Shown here: in pieces, positions 17,601 to 25,235 of the stretch | Layout: each line of letters opens with the position of its first letter | Numbering within the stretch: position 1 is the stretch's first letter | Assembly: GCF_018771565.1 (NCBI RefSeq) | Contig: NZ_CP076326.1 | Location: 2,733,785-2,797,784, forward strand | Length of the DNA stretch: 64,000 nucleotides | From: Thermoflexus hugenholtzii | GTDB lineage: Bacteria > Chloroflexota > Anaerolineae > Thermoflexales > Thermoflexaceae | Direction of reading: 5' to 3' | Translations under genes and position numbers: made by a program | The notes under the pieces: generated by a model | Seen by the model: the letters and a program-made list of their open reading frames with translations, nothing else | The model's database searches: none | What the model was told of the DNA's origin: nothing

Positions 17601-18068
17601 CGTCGCCCGGCGTTGCGGATGGCCCCCGAGCTGGTGGCGGCCCTGGATCCCTTGCGGCGTTCCTTGTCCCGCGTGGCGGGCGCCGGGATCGCCCTTCGGA
17701 CCTGGGATCCGGAGGGGGACCTGGAGGAGATCCCGGCGTTGAAAAGCCTCCCGGATCCCCAGAGTTTTCTGGAGGAGCTGGGGCGTCTGGAAGCGGAGGG
17801 GATCCCCTGGCTGGCGGTCCTCCCGGACACCGACACCTTCCGGATGCGCCTGGGTTATACCGGGGAGATCCCGCCTCCCCTTCGCCGGCCCCGCTGGGGC
17901 GCTTACCTCCTGGTCGGGCGAGAGCGCCTGGAGCTGCGGGCCTGGACGTTGAGCCGCTCCCCGGAGGAACGTCCCTCCCAACCGTCCATCGCAGCGGATC
18001 ATCCCGGGCTGGCCTGGCTGAGCGCCCCCGGGGAGGGCGAATGGATATTGCTCCCATTGGGCGAATAG
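14652..18068 (+). CDS. FtsK/SpoIIIE-family ATPase, EssC/EccC-like: two N-terminal TM helices and two P-loop domains
   Basis: ATG 14652 follows GAAGGAGAAGG. TM segments are 'APWALMALVYGLVGPLTGM' and 'WVSLLFLPLALGSSFLAAEI'. Domain 1 has 'AMVIGATGSGKSEALRTLALAL', 'LLFIDFKGGGAF', 'HLVVMADEFAEM' and 'HLVLATQR'. Domain 2 has 'LVGQAGTGKTAALMAAAAAA' and 'TVLVLDGVERI', which looks degenerate. Confidence 0.8.
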   Translation: MGWVERDGKEMLDPEAPVQRIWPGLRRLPATPMGLPEPPELPSVPRAPERPPFYLHAPWALMALVYGLVGPLTGMRSSWVSLLFLPLALGSSFLAAEIQHRWSLSRYRRELQETLARSERRLRCFLEGVEAWRQAMEAWERTLFPPWEDLEARLRSGSDLWFRRPEDPDFLHVRLGLTTEPLRPPQGRWSSLDPEEVPPPLRGAAHAVRSIAEMRREVPLGLDLRRPAVLRVFPGQEGILRRILLEVALAHSPSEVGLFAALADPEWSFLRWLPHTGEEREGWADGPAAVRERIFEEFYRRRGRGEGILPRILLLLDADALGDPRLGELLREGPVRGIHPVLILSPGEPVPGEVRTEAVLFPGGGIWISHRDGGPQEGRDPGPFLTAGHAEALARRLASLRPMGMRPSPRPVPAPALWGIQARETAPEDIQRLRALRGKAPSLAVPLGTEESGEPFVLDLHDRAHGPHAMVIGATGSGKSEALRTLALALALHFPPERVQLLFIDFKGGGAFAPLEGLPHCVGLLSNLDAREAARALRTLEGELDRRQRVLAARGADHADQIGLPHLVVMADEFAEMLEAIPDGMARMIRLARLGRSLGMHLVLATQRLGSAVPADLRANLRVRIALRCETPDESAAVIGRPDAAYLVGSGWAFVQVGQNEVFRRIRVAYVSGRSLGAREILWMDPVDPARRLRREVIGGEARRDLDVLVEALARMDPPAPRRTPPPLPADPGFPEGEGEHGIGIGVADYPEIGEIRWIFLTPSAPDWRLVGQAGTGKTAALMAAAAAAARAGRRVAVVDGDGGWKECPWVLRVLPEDREGLRRLLRTLSTDPSPTVLVLDGVERIPEAAMGELEPGLEGLTGRPELWIWTASRRELPLRPLRGRPAVRVFLALDPPEWEALMGRRPIPEGPFQGWLADGEGGREIRLRRAMGPPPPPAPPLARSWLGRWSELPLPTRTEEGWWWPLGWRDLDLEPISVLLSPRRPALRMAPELVAALDPLRRSLSRVAGAGIALRTWDPEGDLEEIPALKSLPDPQSFLEELGRLEAEGIPWLAVLPDTDTFRMRLGYTGEIPPPLRRPRWGAYLLVGRERLELRAWTLSRSPEERPSQPSIAADHPGLAWLSAPGEGEWILLPLGE

Positions 18069-18118
18069 CAAGCGTTTGGAGTCTCCCCGCCACGGAATTC
18101 GAGACTGCGGAGGAAACG

Positions 18119-19054
18119 ATGCGAAGGATCCGACAGATGCTTCCCCTGTTAATCGGAGTCGGACTGGCCCTGGTCGTGGCCGTGATCGCCCGCACGTTCG
18201 CGACCATCGGGGTCCCCCGGACGGTGTCGGTGGCGGTCGCTGCGATCCCGCTGCACCCAGGCCGGGTGATCCAGGAAGGGGATTTGCGGACGGTCACGGC
18301 CTATGAGAGCCCCGCCCTCTCCGGGATGATCCGCGAAGAGGAGATGCGGGGGCTGGCAGGGGGGACGGTGGTGATGTTCGTCCCGGCGGGAGCCATGGTC
18401 CCACGGACCGCCATCGTCCCGCCCCGCCAGATCACCGCGCCGGGCCGCCTCTCGGCCCTTCTTCAGGAAGGCGAGCGGCTCATGGTCCTGTCGGTAGGCG
18501 GTCGGGTCAGCGGGCCGCCTGTGAGCGCCCTGCGTCCCGGGGACTGTATGGACCTTGTCGCTTTCTTCCGAGAGACAGGGGCGTCGACCAGGCCGGCCGC
18601 GTCCCTGAGCCCGGAGGAAGCCTCATCGCCCGCCTCCTCCCTTGCGGCGACCCAACCGATCACCCCACCGACCCGCCCGCTGGCGAAGTGGATCGCCCGG
18701 GTGGTGGTGCGCTCGGTGCTGGGGATCAGCGCGCCGTCGACGAGGTCGGAGGCCGGGGCAGTCGGCGGAGGCGGAGTGAGCGCTTCCGCATCCTCCGGCG
18801 GGTCCCCTCAGGTGCTGGTCGCCATCCCGGAGGCTGCGGCGGAGGGGATCGCTTACGTCCTGGGGTCCGCGGAGCAGGTGCATCTGCTGTTGGCCCCGCC
18901 GTGCGCCCGGGCGGAGATTCTACCTTCCTCCGCCTTCTCCGAGGGGGACCTGCAGGAGTGGGTCCGATCCGGGCGGGCGGAGGCGGGGCCGCCGGCCTTC
19001 TTCCTCCCGATCTCCTCCACCCTGCCGACGAAGCCGAGCGGAGGTGCGCCATGA
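18119..19054 (+). CDS. cpaB: Flp pilus assembly protein CpaB/RcpC-like
   Basis: The basic N-terminus and TM segment read 'MRRIRQMLPLLIGVGLALVVAVIA'. The SAF-like segment reads 'VAAIPLHPGRVIQEGDLRTV'. An alternative in-frame ATG at 18041 cannot be excluded. Confidence 0.65.
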   Translation: MRRIRQMLPLLIGVGLALVVAVIARTFATIGVPRTVSVAVAAIPLHPGRVIQEGDLRTVTAYESPALSGMIREEEMRGLAGGTVVMFVPAGAMVPRTAIVPPRQITAPGRLSALLQEGERLMVLSVGGRVSGPPVSALRPGDCMDLVAFFRETGASTRPAASLSPEEASSPASSLAATQPITPPTRPLAKWIARVVVRSVLGISAPSTRSEAGAVGGGGVSASASSGGSPQVLVAIPEAAAEGIAYVLGSAEQVHLLLAPPCARAEILPSSAFSEGDLQEWVRSGRAEAGPPAFFLPISSTLPTKPSGGAP

Positions 19055-20400
19055 AGGTCGTGGTGCTGGGGACCCTCACCGGGATCGCCGGTTCCATCGC
19101 CAACCGGCTTGCCGCCCTGGGCCACGAGGCGATCCCGCTGCCCGGCCAGCAGCCTCCGGAGATCCTCATCGGGTTCCATCCCGAGCTGCTGGTGGTGGTG
19201 GCCTCGGAGACCGGCATGGAGATCGCCGTGGTGGAGCGGGTGCTCAAAGACACCGGGGCTCCCGTTGTGGCGGTGGCCGCGGCGGGGGATCCCTGGCTCC
19301 TCTGGGCCGAGGCGCGGAAGTTCCCCGTCCTCTCCCCGGAGCGGGCTGCGGAGGAGCTGGCAGGCCGCCTGAGCCAGCTGGTGGAGCAGGCCCGGGCGGG
19401 GGATCGGGAGCGCTACCTGCAGCAGCTCTACCGGGGCCCGGTGATCGTGGGGACGGCCCCCCGGGTGATCGGCTTCGGGGGCCCGAAAGGGGGGACCGGG
19501 AAATCCTCCCTTGCCGCCAACGCCGCGGCCCTGCTGGCCGCCCTGGGCGTCCCCATCTGGGTGTTCGACGCGGAATCCGACACCCGGGGCAACATGGTGG
19601 ATTTCTTCCGTCTGGGGGAGGAGAGCACCGTTTATTCCGTGGTGGACCTCGCCGCGGCCGGGCCGCCCCCGGCGGCGTCCCCGGGGATCTTCCAGCCGGG
19701 CGCTCACGTGCCGACTTTCTGGACCTCCGTGCCTTCCCCGAAGGGTGTGCGCTGGGACCTTCGCCTGACGGCGGGGGTCCTGGTGGTGGACCAGATCCTG
19801 GGGGAGCGCTCCGGCCCGCTGATGGCCCGGGCGGCGGACTGGCTGGAGTTCGGGGTGCGACGGGCGGCGAGCGAGGGCTACACGGTGATCCTGGACTCCG
19901 GCAACAACTTGTTGAGCCCCCTCTCCCTTCGCGCCCTCAACATCGCGGATGTGCTGTTCATCGTCCTGGAGCCGGAGGACACCGGGTTGATCGCTGGGGC
20001 CTCCTGGCTGGCGGCGGTGTATCGGATGGCCGGGCCTGCCGCCTTCGAGCGGATCCGCGTGGTGTTCAACAAGGTGCGTGCGGAGAGCGGGGATCTCCTG
20101 GTGAGCCGCCTGCGAGATCATGTGGAGGCCATCCTTCGTCAGCGGCTGCCCCGGGCGCTTCCCGTTCGCGTCCTGCCGCTACTGGATGTGGACGTCGCCC
20201 GCGCCCAGGCCAACCTGAGGCTGGGGGTGGAGTTCCTGGCGGCGCTCCAGGCCCTCACCCAGGGCCGATACGCGGCGGAGACGGCTTCGTTCGCCGAGGC
20301 CCTGCGAGGCATGCTGGCGGAGTTCTTTCCGGCCATCGCCCAGGCGGCCTCCTCCCGCCCCGAGCCCCGCGGCGGCCTGCGGCTCCCCTGGCGCCGGTGA
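19051..20400 (+). CDS. cpaE: TadZ/CpaE-like ParA/MinD-family ATPase with an N-terminal receiver-like domain
   Basis: ATGA overlap with cpaB. Deviant Walker A 'VIGFGGPKGGTGKSSLAANAAALLA'. The N-terminal ~120 aa is receiver-like ('MKVVVLGTLTGIAG...'). Confidence 0.8.
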   Translation: MKVVVLGTLTGIAGSIANRLAALGHEAIPLPGQQPPEILIGFHPELLVVVASETGMEIAVVERVLKDTGAPVVAVAAAGDPWLLWAEARKFPVLSPERAAEELAGRLSQLVEQARAGDRERYLQQLYRGPVIVGTAPRVIGFGGPKGGTGKSSLAANAAALLAALGVPIWVFDAESDTRGNMVDFFRLGEESTVYSVVDLAAAGPPPAASPGIFQPGAHVPTFWTSVPSPKGVRWDLRLTAGVLVVDQILGERSGPLMARAADWLEFGVRRAASEGYTVILDSGNNLLSPLSLRALNIADVLFIVLEPEDTGLIAGASWLAAVYRMAGPAAFERIRVVFNKVRAESGDLLVSRLRDHVEAILRQRLPRALPVRVLPLLDVDVARAQANLRLGVEFLAALQALTQGRYAAETASFAEALRGMLAEFFPAIAQAASSRPEPRGGLRLPWRR

Positions 20401-20414
20401 AAGGTTCGGCTCCA

Positions 20415-21377
20415 TCACAGCCAGCCCCGTCGGCGGAAGAAGAGCGCCAGGCCGGCGCTGATCCCTGCCATCATCAGGAGGGCCATGGGATACCCCCATG
20501 GCCACTCCAGCTCCGGCATGTAGCGAAAGTTCATCCCGTAGATCCCGGCCACCAGGGCGTTGGCCATCAGGATGATGGAGGCGATGGTGAGGACTTTGAC
20601 GATCTCGTTCAGGCGGTTGGACTGCAGGGAGAGATAGCTCTCCAGGGCTCCTGAGAGCATGTCCCGGTAGAGATCGATGCTCTCGATCAGCCGGACCAGC
20701 CGGTCGTAGAGGTCCTGGAAGTAGGCCATGTCCTCCGAGCGGAAGACGGGGAGCTCGTGCCGCAGCAGAAGGTTGATCACCTCGCGCTCCGGGGCCACCA
20801 CCCGGCGCAGCTCCAGCAGGGTCTTGCGCATGCGGAAGATCGCCTCCACCAGATGGCCGTCGCCTCCCGCGAACATCCGTTCCTCCAGCTCCTCCACCTC
20901 CTCCGCGATCCGATCCAGGGCCGGGAAGTAGCCGTCCACGACGGCATCGAGGAGATCATAGACCACGCTCCCGGGCGTGGGCACCCGTTGTCGTTCCGGA
21001 CCCTGCCAGCGAGCGATGACCTGCTCCACCTCCGGGATCGGCTGGGAGCGGATGGTGACCACATAGCGAGGGCCGGCGAAGATGTGGAGGGGGCGGAGGG
21101 ACAGCCCGTCCTCCGTCTCATATCCCACCGCGTAAAAGGCGATGAAGTAGTGATCGGGGTAGGCATCTACCTTGGGCCGCTCCCGCGCCCGAAAGGCATC
21201 CTCCAGGGCCAGGGGATGGAACCCGAAGGCCTCCCGGAGCCGCTGGCGATCCGCCTCCTCCGGGGGACACAGGTCCAGCCAGAGGAAGCCGTCGGAGCGG
21301 GCGAGGAGGGCCGGGATGGCCTCCTCCCTCGTTGAAACCTCTGCGCCTCCCCCTGGGATCACCCAACGGATGCTCAT
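20415..21377 (-). CDS. corA: Magnesium/cobalt transporter CorA
   Basis: C-terminal 'LVAGIYGMNFRYMPEL' (the GMN signature) plus two TM helices. Start at MSIRWV (cat at 21375..21377). Confidence 0.9.
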   Translation of the reverse strand: MSIRWVIPGGGAEVSTREEAIPALLARSDGFLWLDLCPPEEADRQRLREAFGFHPLALEDAFRARERPKVDAYPDHYFIAFYAVGYETEDGLSLRPLHIFAGPRYVVTIRSQPIPEVEQVIARWQGPERQRVPTPGSVVYDLLDAVVDGYFPALDRIAEEVEELEERMFAGGDGHLVEAIFRMRKTLLELRRVVAPEREVINLLLRHELPVFRSEDMAYFQDLYDRLVRLIESIDLYRDMLSGALESYLSLQSNRLNEIVKVLTIASIILMANALVAGIYGMNFRYMPELEWPWGYPMALLMMAGISAGLALFFRRRGWL

Positions 21378-21417
21378 GCGAGGATCCTCATCGCGTTTCG
21401 GGCGTGAAGGGAGCCCT

Positions 21418-22488
21418 TCACGAGAGGTGAGGCCCACGCATCGCCTGGCCTACCACCTCCGCGATGGCCCGGAGGGCCTGATCGATGTCCGTGTCATCGA
21501 TCCAGTAGTGGGTCACGGCCCGGAAGCGCCGGGGACCCCAGCGCAGGATCCTCACCCGGCGCTCGGCCAGGGCGGCGAGGAACGCCTCCTCCGAGAGCGA
21601 CAGCTGAGGGTCCAGCTCGAAGATCACGATGTTGGTCTGCACCCGATGGGCTTCGATGCGGATCCCGGGGATCTCCGCCAGGCCCTCGGCCAGGCGCCGG
21701 GCCCGCCGGTGATCCTCCGCCAGACGATCCACCATCGTCTCCAGGGCGACCAGGCCGGCGGCGGCCAGCACTCCGGCTTGCCGCATGCCTCCGCCCACCA
21801 TCTTGCGCACCCGGCGGGCCTCCCGGATGAACGCGGCGGGCCCACAGATCAGCGAGCCCACCGGCGCGCATAGCCCTTTGCTGAGACAAAAGGTCACCGT
21901 GTCCGCATGCCGGGCCAGCTCCGCCGCCGGCACCCCCAGCGCCACCGCCGCGTTGAAGATCCGGGCGCCGTCGATGTGGACGCGCAATCCATGCCGGTCG
22001 GCCAGGGCCCGCACCGCCTGGAGATAATCCGGCGGCAACGCCGCGCCCATGCAGCGGTTATGAGTGTTCTCCAGGGCGATCAACCGGGTCCGCGGATGAT
22101 GCACATCCTCCGTCCGGATGGCCGCCTCGATGTCCTCCAAGCGTATGGTCCCGTCGGGCTGGTTGGGGACCGGGCGCGGGTGGATGCCGCCCAGGGCGGC
22201 CATCCCGCCTACTTCGGAGAGGAACGTGTGGGCCTGATCCCCTACGATCACCTCATCGCCCCGGCCGCAGTGGGTGAGGAGGGAGACCAGGTTGGCCATG
22301 GTGCCGCTGGCGACGAAGAGGGCGGCCTCCTTCCCCATCCGCTCGGCGGCCACCTCCTCCAGCCGCCGCACCGTCGGGTCCTCCTCAAATACGTCATCCC
22401 CCACCTCCGCCCGGGCCATGGCCTCCCGCATGGCCGGCGTGGGATGCGTCACCGTGTCGCTGCGCAAATCGATCCATCCGTCCAGCAT
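21418..22488 (-). CDS. ltaE: Low-specificity L-threonine aldolase (PLP-dependent)
   Basis: 'IDLRSDTVTHPTPAMREAMA.AEVGDDVFEEDPTV..LE', 'ASGTMANL' and 'FCLSKGLCAPVGS' (PLP Lys context). Start at MLDGW (cat at 22486..22488) after GAGGGGG. Confidence 0.85.
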   Translation of the reverse strand: MLDGWIDLRSDTVTHPTPAMREAMARAEVGDDVFEEDPTVRRLEEVAAERMGKEAALFVASGTMANLVSLLTHCGRGDEVIVGDQAHTFLSEVGGMAALGGIHPRPVPNQPDGTIRLEDIEAAIRTEDVHHPRTRLIALENTHNRCMGAALPPDYLQAVRALADRHGLRVHIDGARIFNAAVALGVPAAELARHADTVTFCLSKGLCAPVGSLICGPAAFIREARRVRKMVGGGMRQAGVLAAAGLVALETMVDRLAEDHRRARRLAEGLAEIPGIRIEAHRVQTNIVIFELDPQLSLSEEAFLAALAERRVRILRWGPRRFRAVTHYWIDDTDIDQALRAIAEVVGQAMRGPHLS

Positions 22489-22654
22489 CTTCCCCCTCGT
22501 TCGCTTCAGATGGGACTCAATCTCCCAGGGAACTCCTCGGATGACGCAAGAAGTCGCGGCTGAAGCCGCTCCGACAACAACGATTGTAGGCCGAAATTCA
22601 TTTCGACCGCTATCCCGGGCCGGTGAGGGGCTTTTGTCTCCAACCGCGATCTCT

Positions 22655-23116
22655 TCATGCGGATGGAGATTCCTCAGACCTCCGGGAGGCGTCCGTCCGC
22701 TGGCGGGCCAGCAGGCGGCTCTTTTTGATCCACGGATATCGATCGATGACATGGGCGCGCATGTAGCGCCCCTTGGATTCCGCCCGCAGGAGGCCTGCGA
22801 AGACCTCCGGCGGCACCCCGTAATAGAGATAAACCCCCTTGTTGAAAGCGACCTCCAGGATCCTCTCCTCGGGGTGATAACGCACCGCGCTGATCATGCT
22901 GGAGTCCACACCGATCCATCCCGAAGGGAGGCGCTCCGCTTCGAGGGGAAGCCCCAGGGCCTCCAGCAACGGCCGCCACTTCCGCAACGGCGCGATGGAG
23001 AGCGTCCCCTCTCCCCCGCGCACCTCCAGGCGGACGGAGAGATCCGGCGATTCCCTCCACCGCAGACGGAGCGCGTCAGTCTCGGGATCGTATTCCACCC
23101 ATTGCCCGGTCTCCAT
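22655..23116 (-). CDS. KTSC domain-containing protein
   Basis: 'VDSSMISAVRYHPEERILEVAFNKGVYLYYGVPPEVFAGLLRAESKGRYM' matches the KTSC (lysine tRNA synthetase C-terminal-like) domain pattern. Confidence 0.65.
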   Translation of the reverse strand: METGQWVEYDPETDALRLRWRESPDLSVRLEVRGGEGTLSIAPLRKWRPLLEALGLPLEAERLPSGWIGVDSSMISAVRYHPEERILEVAFNKGVYLYYGVPPEVFAGLLRAESKGRYMRAHVIDRYPWIKKSRLLARQRTDASRRSEESPSA

Positions 23117-23134
23117 CTCCTCCCTCCTTTCGCC

Positions 23135-24289
23135 TCACACGCCGCGCATCCCCCGGCGGACCCGTTCCCGAACCTCTTCGTAGAACTCCACCACACGGCG
23201 GGCAATCTCGTCCCAATCATACTGGCGGGCGCGCTGGCGGCCGGCGGCGCTCATCCGCGCCCGCAGGGCGGGATCGCGCAGCAGCCGCAACAGGGCCTCC
23301 GCCAGGGCCTCCGGGTCCTCCGGGGGAACCAGGAAACCCTGCACGCCGTCCTCCACCACCTCGTTATAGCCCGGGATATCGGTGGCGACCACCGGCACCC
23401 CCGCCGCCATGGCCTCCAGGAGCACGATGCCGAAGCTCTCCATCCCAATGGAAGGGGCGCAGAACACGGTGGCCGCCCGATAGTAACGGGGCAGCTCGGC
23501 GTCCGGCACGTAGCCGATGAAACGAACCTGGCGCAGGCGCAGCGCCCAGGCCTGGGCCACATAAGGCGCCTTCTCCGCCTTTCCGAAGGCCCCCACCACC
23601 AGCAGCCGGGCCTCTGGACATGCGGCCTGCACCCGGGCGAAGGCCTCCAGGAGATAGCGCAATCCCTTGCGCCGCTCCAGACGCCCCACGAAGAGGACGG
23701 TGGGACGGCCGTCGTCGAAGGGCTCAGGGGGACAAAGGGCGGGATCGGCGAAGCGGGCATAGTCGATGCCGTTGGGGATGACGACGTAATCCGCCGGGAA
23801 GTAGCGCATGTGATACTGCCGCGCTGCCTCCGAGACCGCGATGCAGCCGTCCAGCCGCTTGAAGAACCGCCGCAGCAGCGGCTTGCCGTAGTAATACGTC
23901 CGGCTCACCTCCCGATAGGCGTGGAACGTGCCCACGGCGATGGCCTGAGGGACCAGATCCCGGTGCCGCAGGACCGCGAGGGGGAGGGCGGGGGTGAGGG
24001 GTTCGTGCAGGTGCAACACATCGTAGGCGCCGGACTGCAGGATACCTTTGATCCGGCGGTAGAGGCGCGGCGAGAGGGTGATCCGGGCGATGGAGCCGGC
24101 GAAGGGGAAAGCGATCACCGAGGCCGAGGCGTTGATGAACCCGTCCCCGCTGGACCGTCCGTCGGAGGCCGGCGCGATGATGTGGGCCTCATGGCCCAGG
24201 CGCTGCAGGCTCCGGGCCAGATGGGCGATGTGGTTGTTCACCCCGCCGGGCACGGCGAAATCGTAAGGGGACACCAGGGCGATGCGCAT
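23135..24289 (-). CDS. GT4-family glycosyltransferase, PimA-like (phosphatidylinositol mannosyltransferase-like)
   Basis: 'MRIALVSPYDFAVPGGVNNHIAHLARSL..GHE' at the N-terminus. The C-terminal part reads 'FCAPSIGMESFGIVLLEAMAAGVPVVATDIPGYNEVV' (the EX7E region). Confidence 0.7.
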   Translation of the reverse strand: MRIALVSPYDFAVPGGVNNHIAHLARSLQRLGHEAHIIAPASDGRSSGDGFINASASVIAFPFAGSIARITLSPRLYRRIKGILQSGAYDVLHLHEPLTPALPLAVLRHRDLVPQAIAVGTFHAYREVSRTYYYGKPLLRRFFKRLDGCIAVSEAARQYHMRYFPADYVVIPNGIDYARFADPALCPPEPFDDGRPTVLFVGRLERRKGLRYLLEAFARVQAACPEARLLVVGAFGKAEKAPYVAQAWALRLRQVRFIGYVPDAELPRYYRAATVFCAPSIGMESFGIVLLEAMAAGVPVVATDIPGYNEVVEDGVQGFLVPPEDPEALAEALLRLLRDPALRARMSAAGRQRARQYDWDEIARRVVEFYEEVRERVRRGMRGV

Positions 24290-24335
24290 GGACGGCGGCC
24301 TCCAGCCCCGCCGGTCGGACGGCAGTCCCATCCCC

Positions 24336-25235
24336 TCAAGCGCGCCGTTCCCCCGGCCGGATCTGCCAGATGGGAGTGGTCAACACCCACTGCTCGGGAG
24401 CCTCCCGCAGGACCCCGGCGAAGATCTCCAGGACCCGGGCGATGAGTTCGTCCCGAGCCTCCGTGGACCTCCCGGATGGCCAGAGGGGAGGCCAGACCCG
24501 CAAAGAGACCCCCTGGGTCTCCCGCCGGGCGAAGGCGGGCAGCACCGGAGCGCCCTGGCGGACCGCCAGCTCGGCGTAGCCGTCCGGCAGCCATGCCTCC
24601 GCCCCAAAGAAAGCATACACCCGACCGCTCCCGGTGGTGTCGCGGTCCAGGGCCAGGGCGACGATCCCTCCCTGTCGGAGGGTGCGGAAGACCTCCCGGA
24701 GGGCCCCATCCGCCGGGATCAGCCGGAGGCCGTGGGCGCCCCGCAGCCGGCAGAGATAGCGGAACATCGCGGGCGGGCGCACCGCCTCCGCGACCGCGAG
24801 GGCCGGGAAGCCGCTGGCCCCCAGCAGCTGCAGCCCCCACTCCACGCAGCCGTAGTGCGCGCTCACCACGATCCCGCCCTGGCCCGCCCGCACCGTTTCC
24901 TCGAGATGCGCCCATCCCTCCACCCGGATGGAGGAGAACCAGGCCCTCGGCGGACGGTGGGGGGCCTGGAAGAGGTCCACGTAATTTTGCCAGAGGAGCC
25001 GGAAGGCCCGGCGGGCCGTCCGATGCACCGCCGGGTCCTCCGGCGAGACCCCCAGCACGTGAGCCAGGTTATCCCGCAGGCCGGCCGTGGCGGGCAGGAT
25101 GGGATAGCACACGTCGGCCAGGCGTGCGGCCAGCATATAGGCGAAGCGGGGCGGCAGCCGCCCGGCCGCCGCCCCGAGGCCCCGAAAGAGGAGATACACC
25201 GCCCAGGCCAGCGCCTCAGACCCCGCGTCCCGCAA
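24336..25235 (-). CDS. Lysophospholipid/lipid A-type acyltransferase (LpxL/HtrB/PatA family)
   Basis: ~300 aa with '[14 protein letters not shown]' (the HX4D-type region of the lauroyl/myristoyl acyltransferase family). It sits between the ino1-like and pimA-like genes. Confidence 0.6.
   Translation of the reverse strand: MRDAGSEALAWAVYLLFRGLGAAAGRLPPRFAYMLAARLADVCYPILPATAGLRDNLAHVLGVSPEDPAVHRTARRAFRLLWQNYVDLFQAPHRPPRAWFSSIRVEGWAHLEETVRAGQGGIVVSAHYGCVEWGLQLLGASGFPALAVAEAVRPPAMFRYLCRLRGAHGLRLIPADGALREVFRTLRQGGIVALALDRDTTGSGRVYAFFGAEAWLPDGYAELAVRQGAPVLPAFARRETQGVSLRVWPPLWPSGRSTEARDELIARVLEIFAGVLREAPEQWVLTTPIWQIRPGERRA

Noticed and set aside
15003-18071. 1022-aa ORF on the minus strand, antisense to the EssC-like gene
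   Set aside because: Its composition is Pro/Arg/Gly-rich and low-complexity, it has no recognisable motif, and it is fully nested antisense to a CDS with clear FtsK motifs. This is the typical stop-codon-poor antisense frame of a high-G+C genome.
22592-22605. Palindrome CGAAAT-TC-ATTTCG between the KTSC gene and ltaE
   Set aside because: It is real in the sequence, but it is only 6+6 bp and AT-rich. I found no second copy or known motif match. That is too weak to call an operator or terminator.
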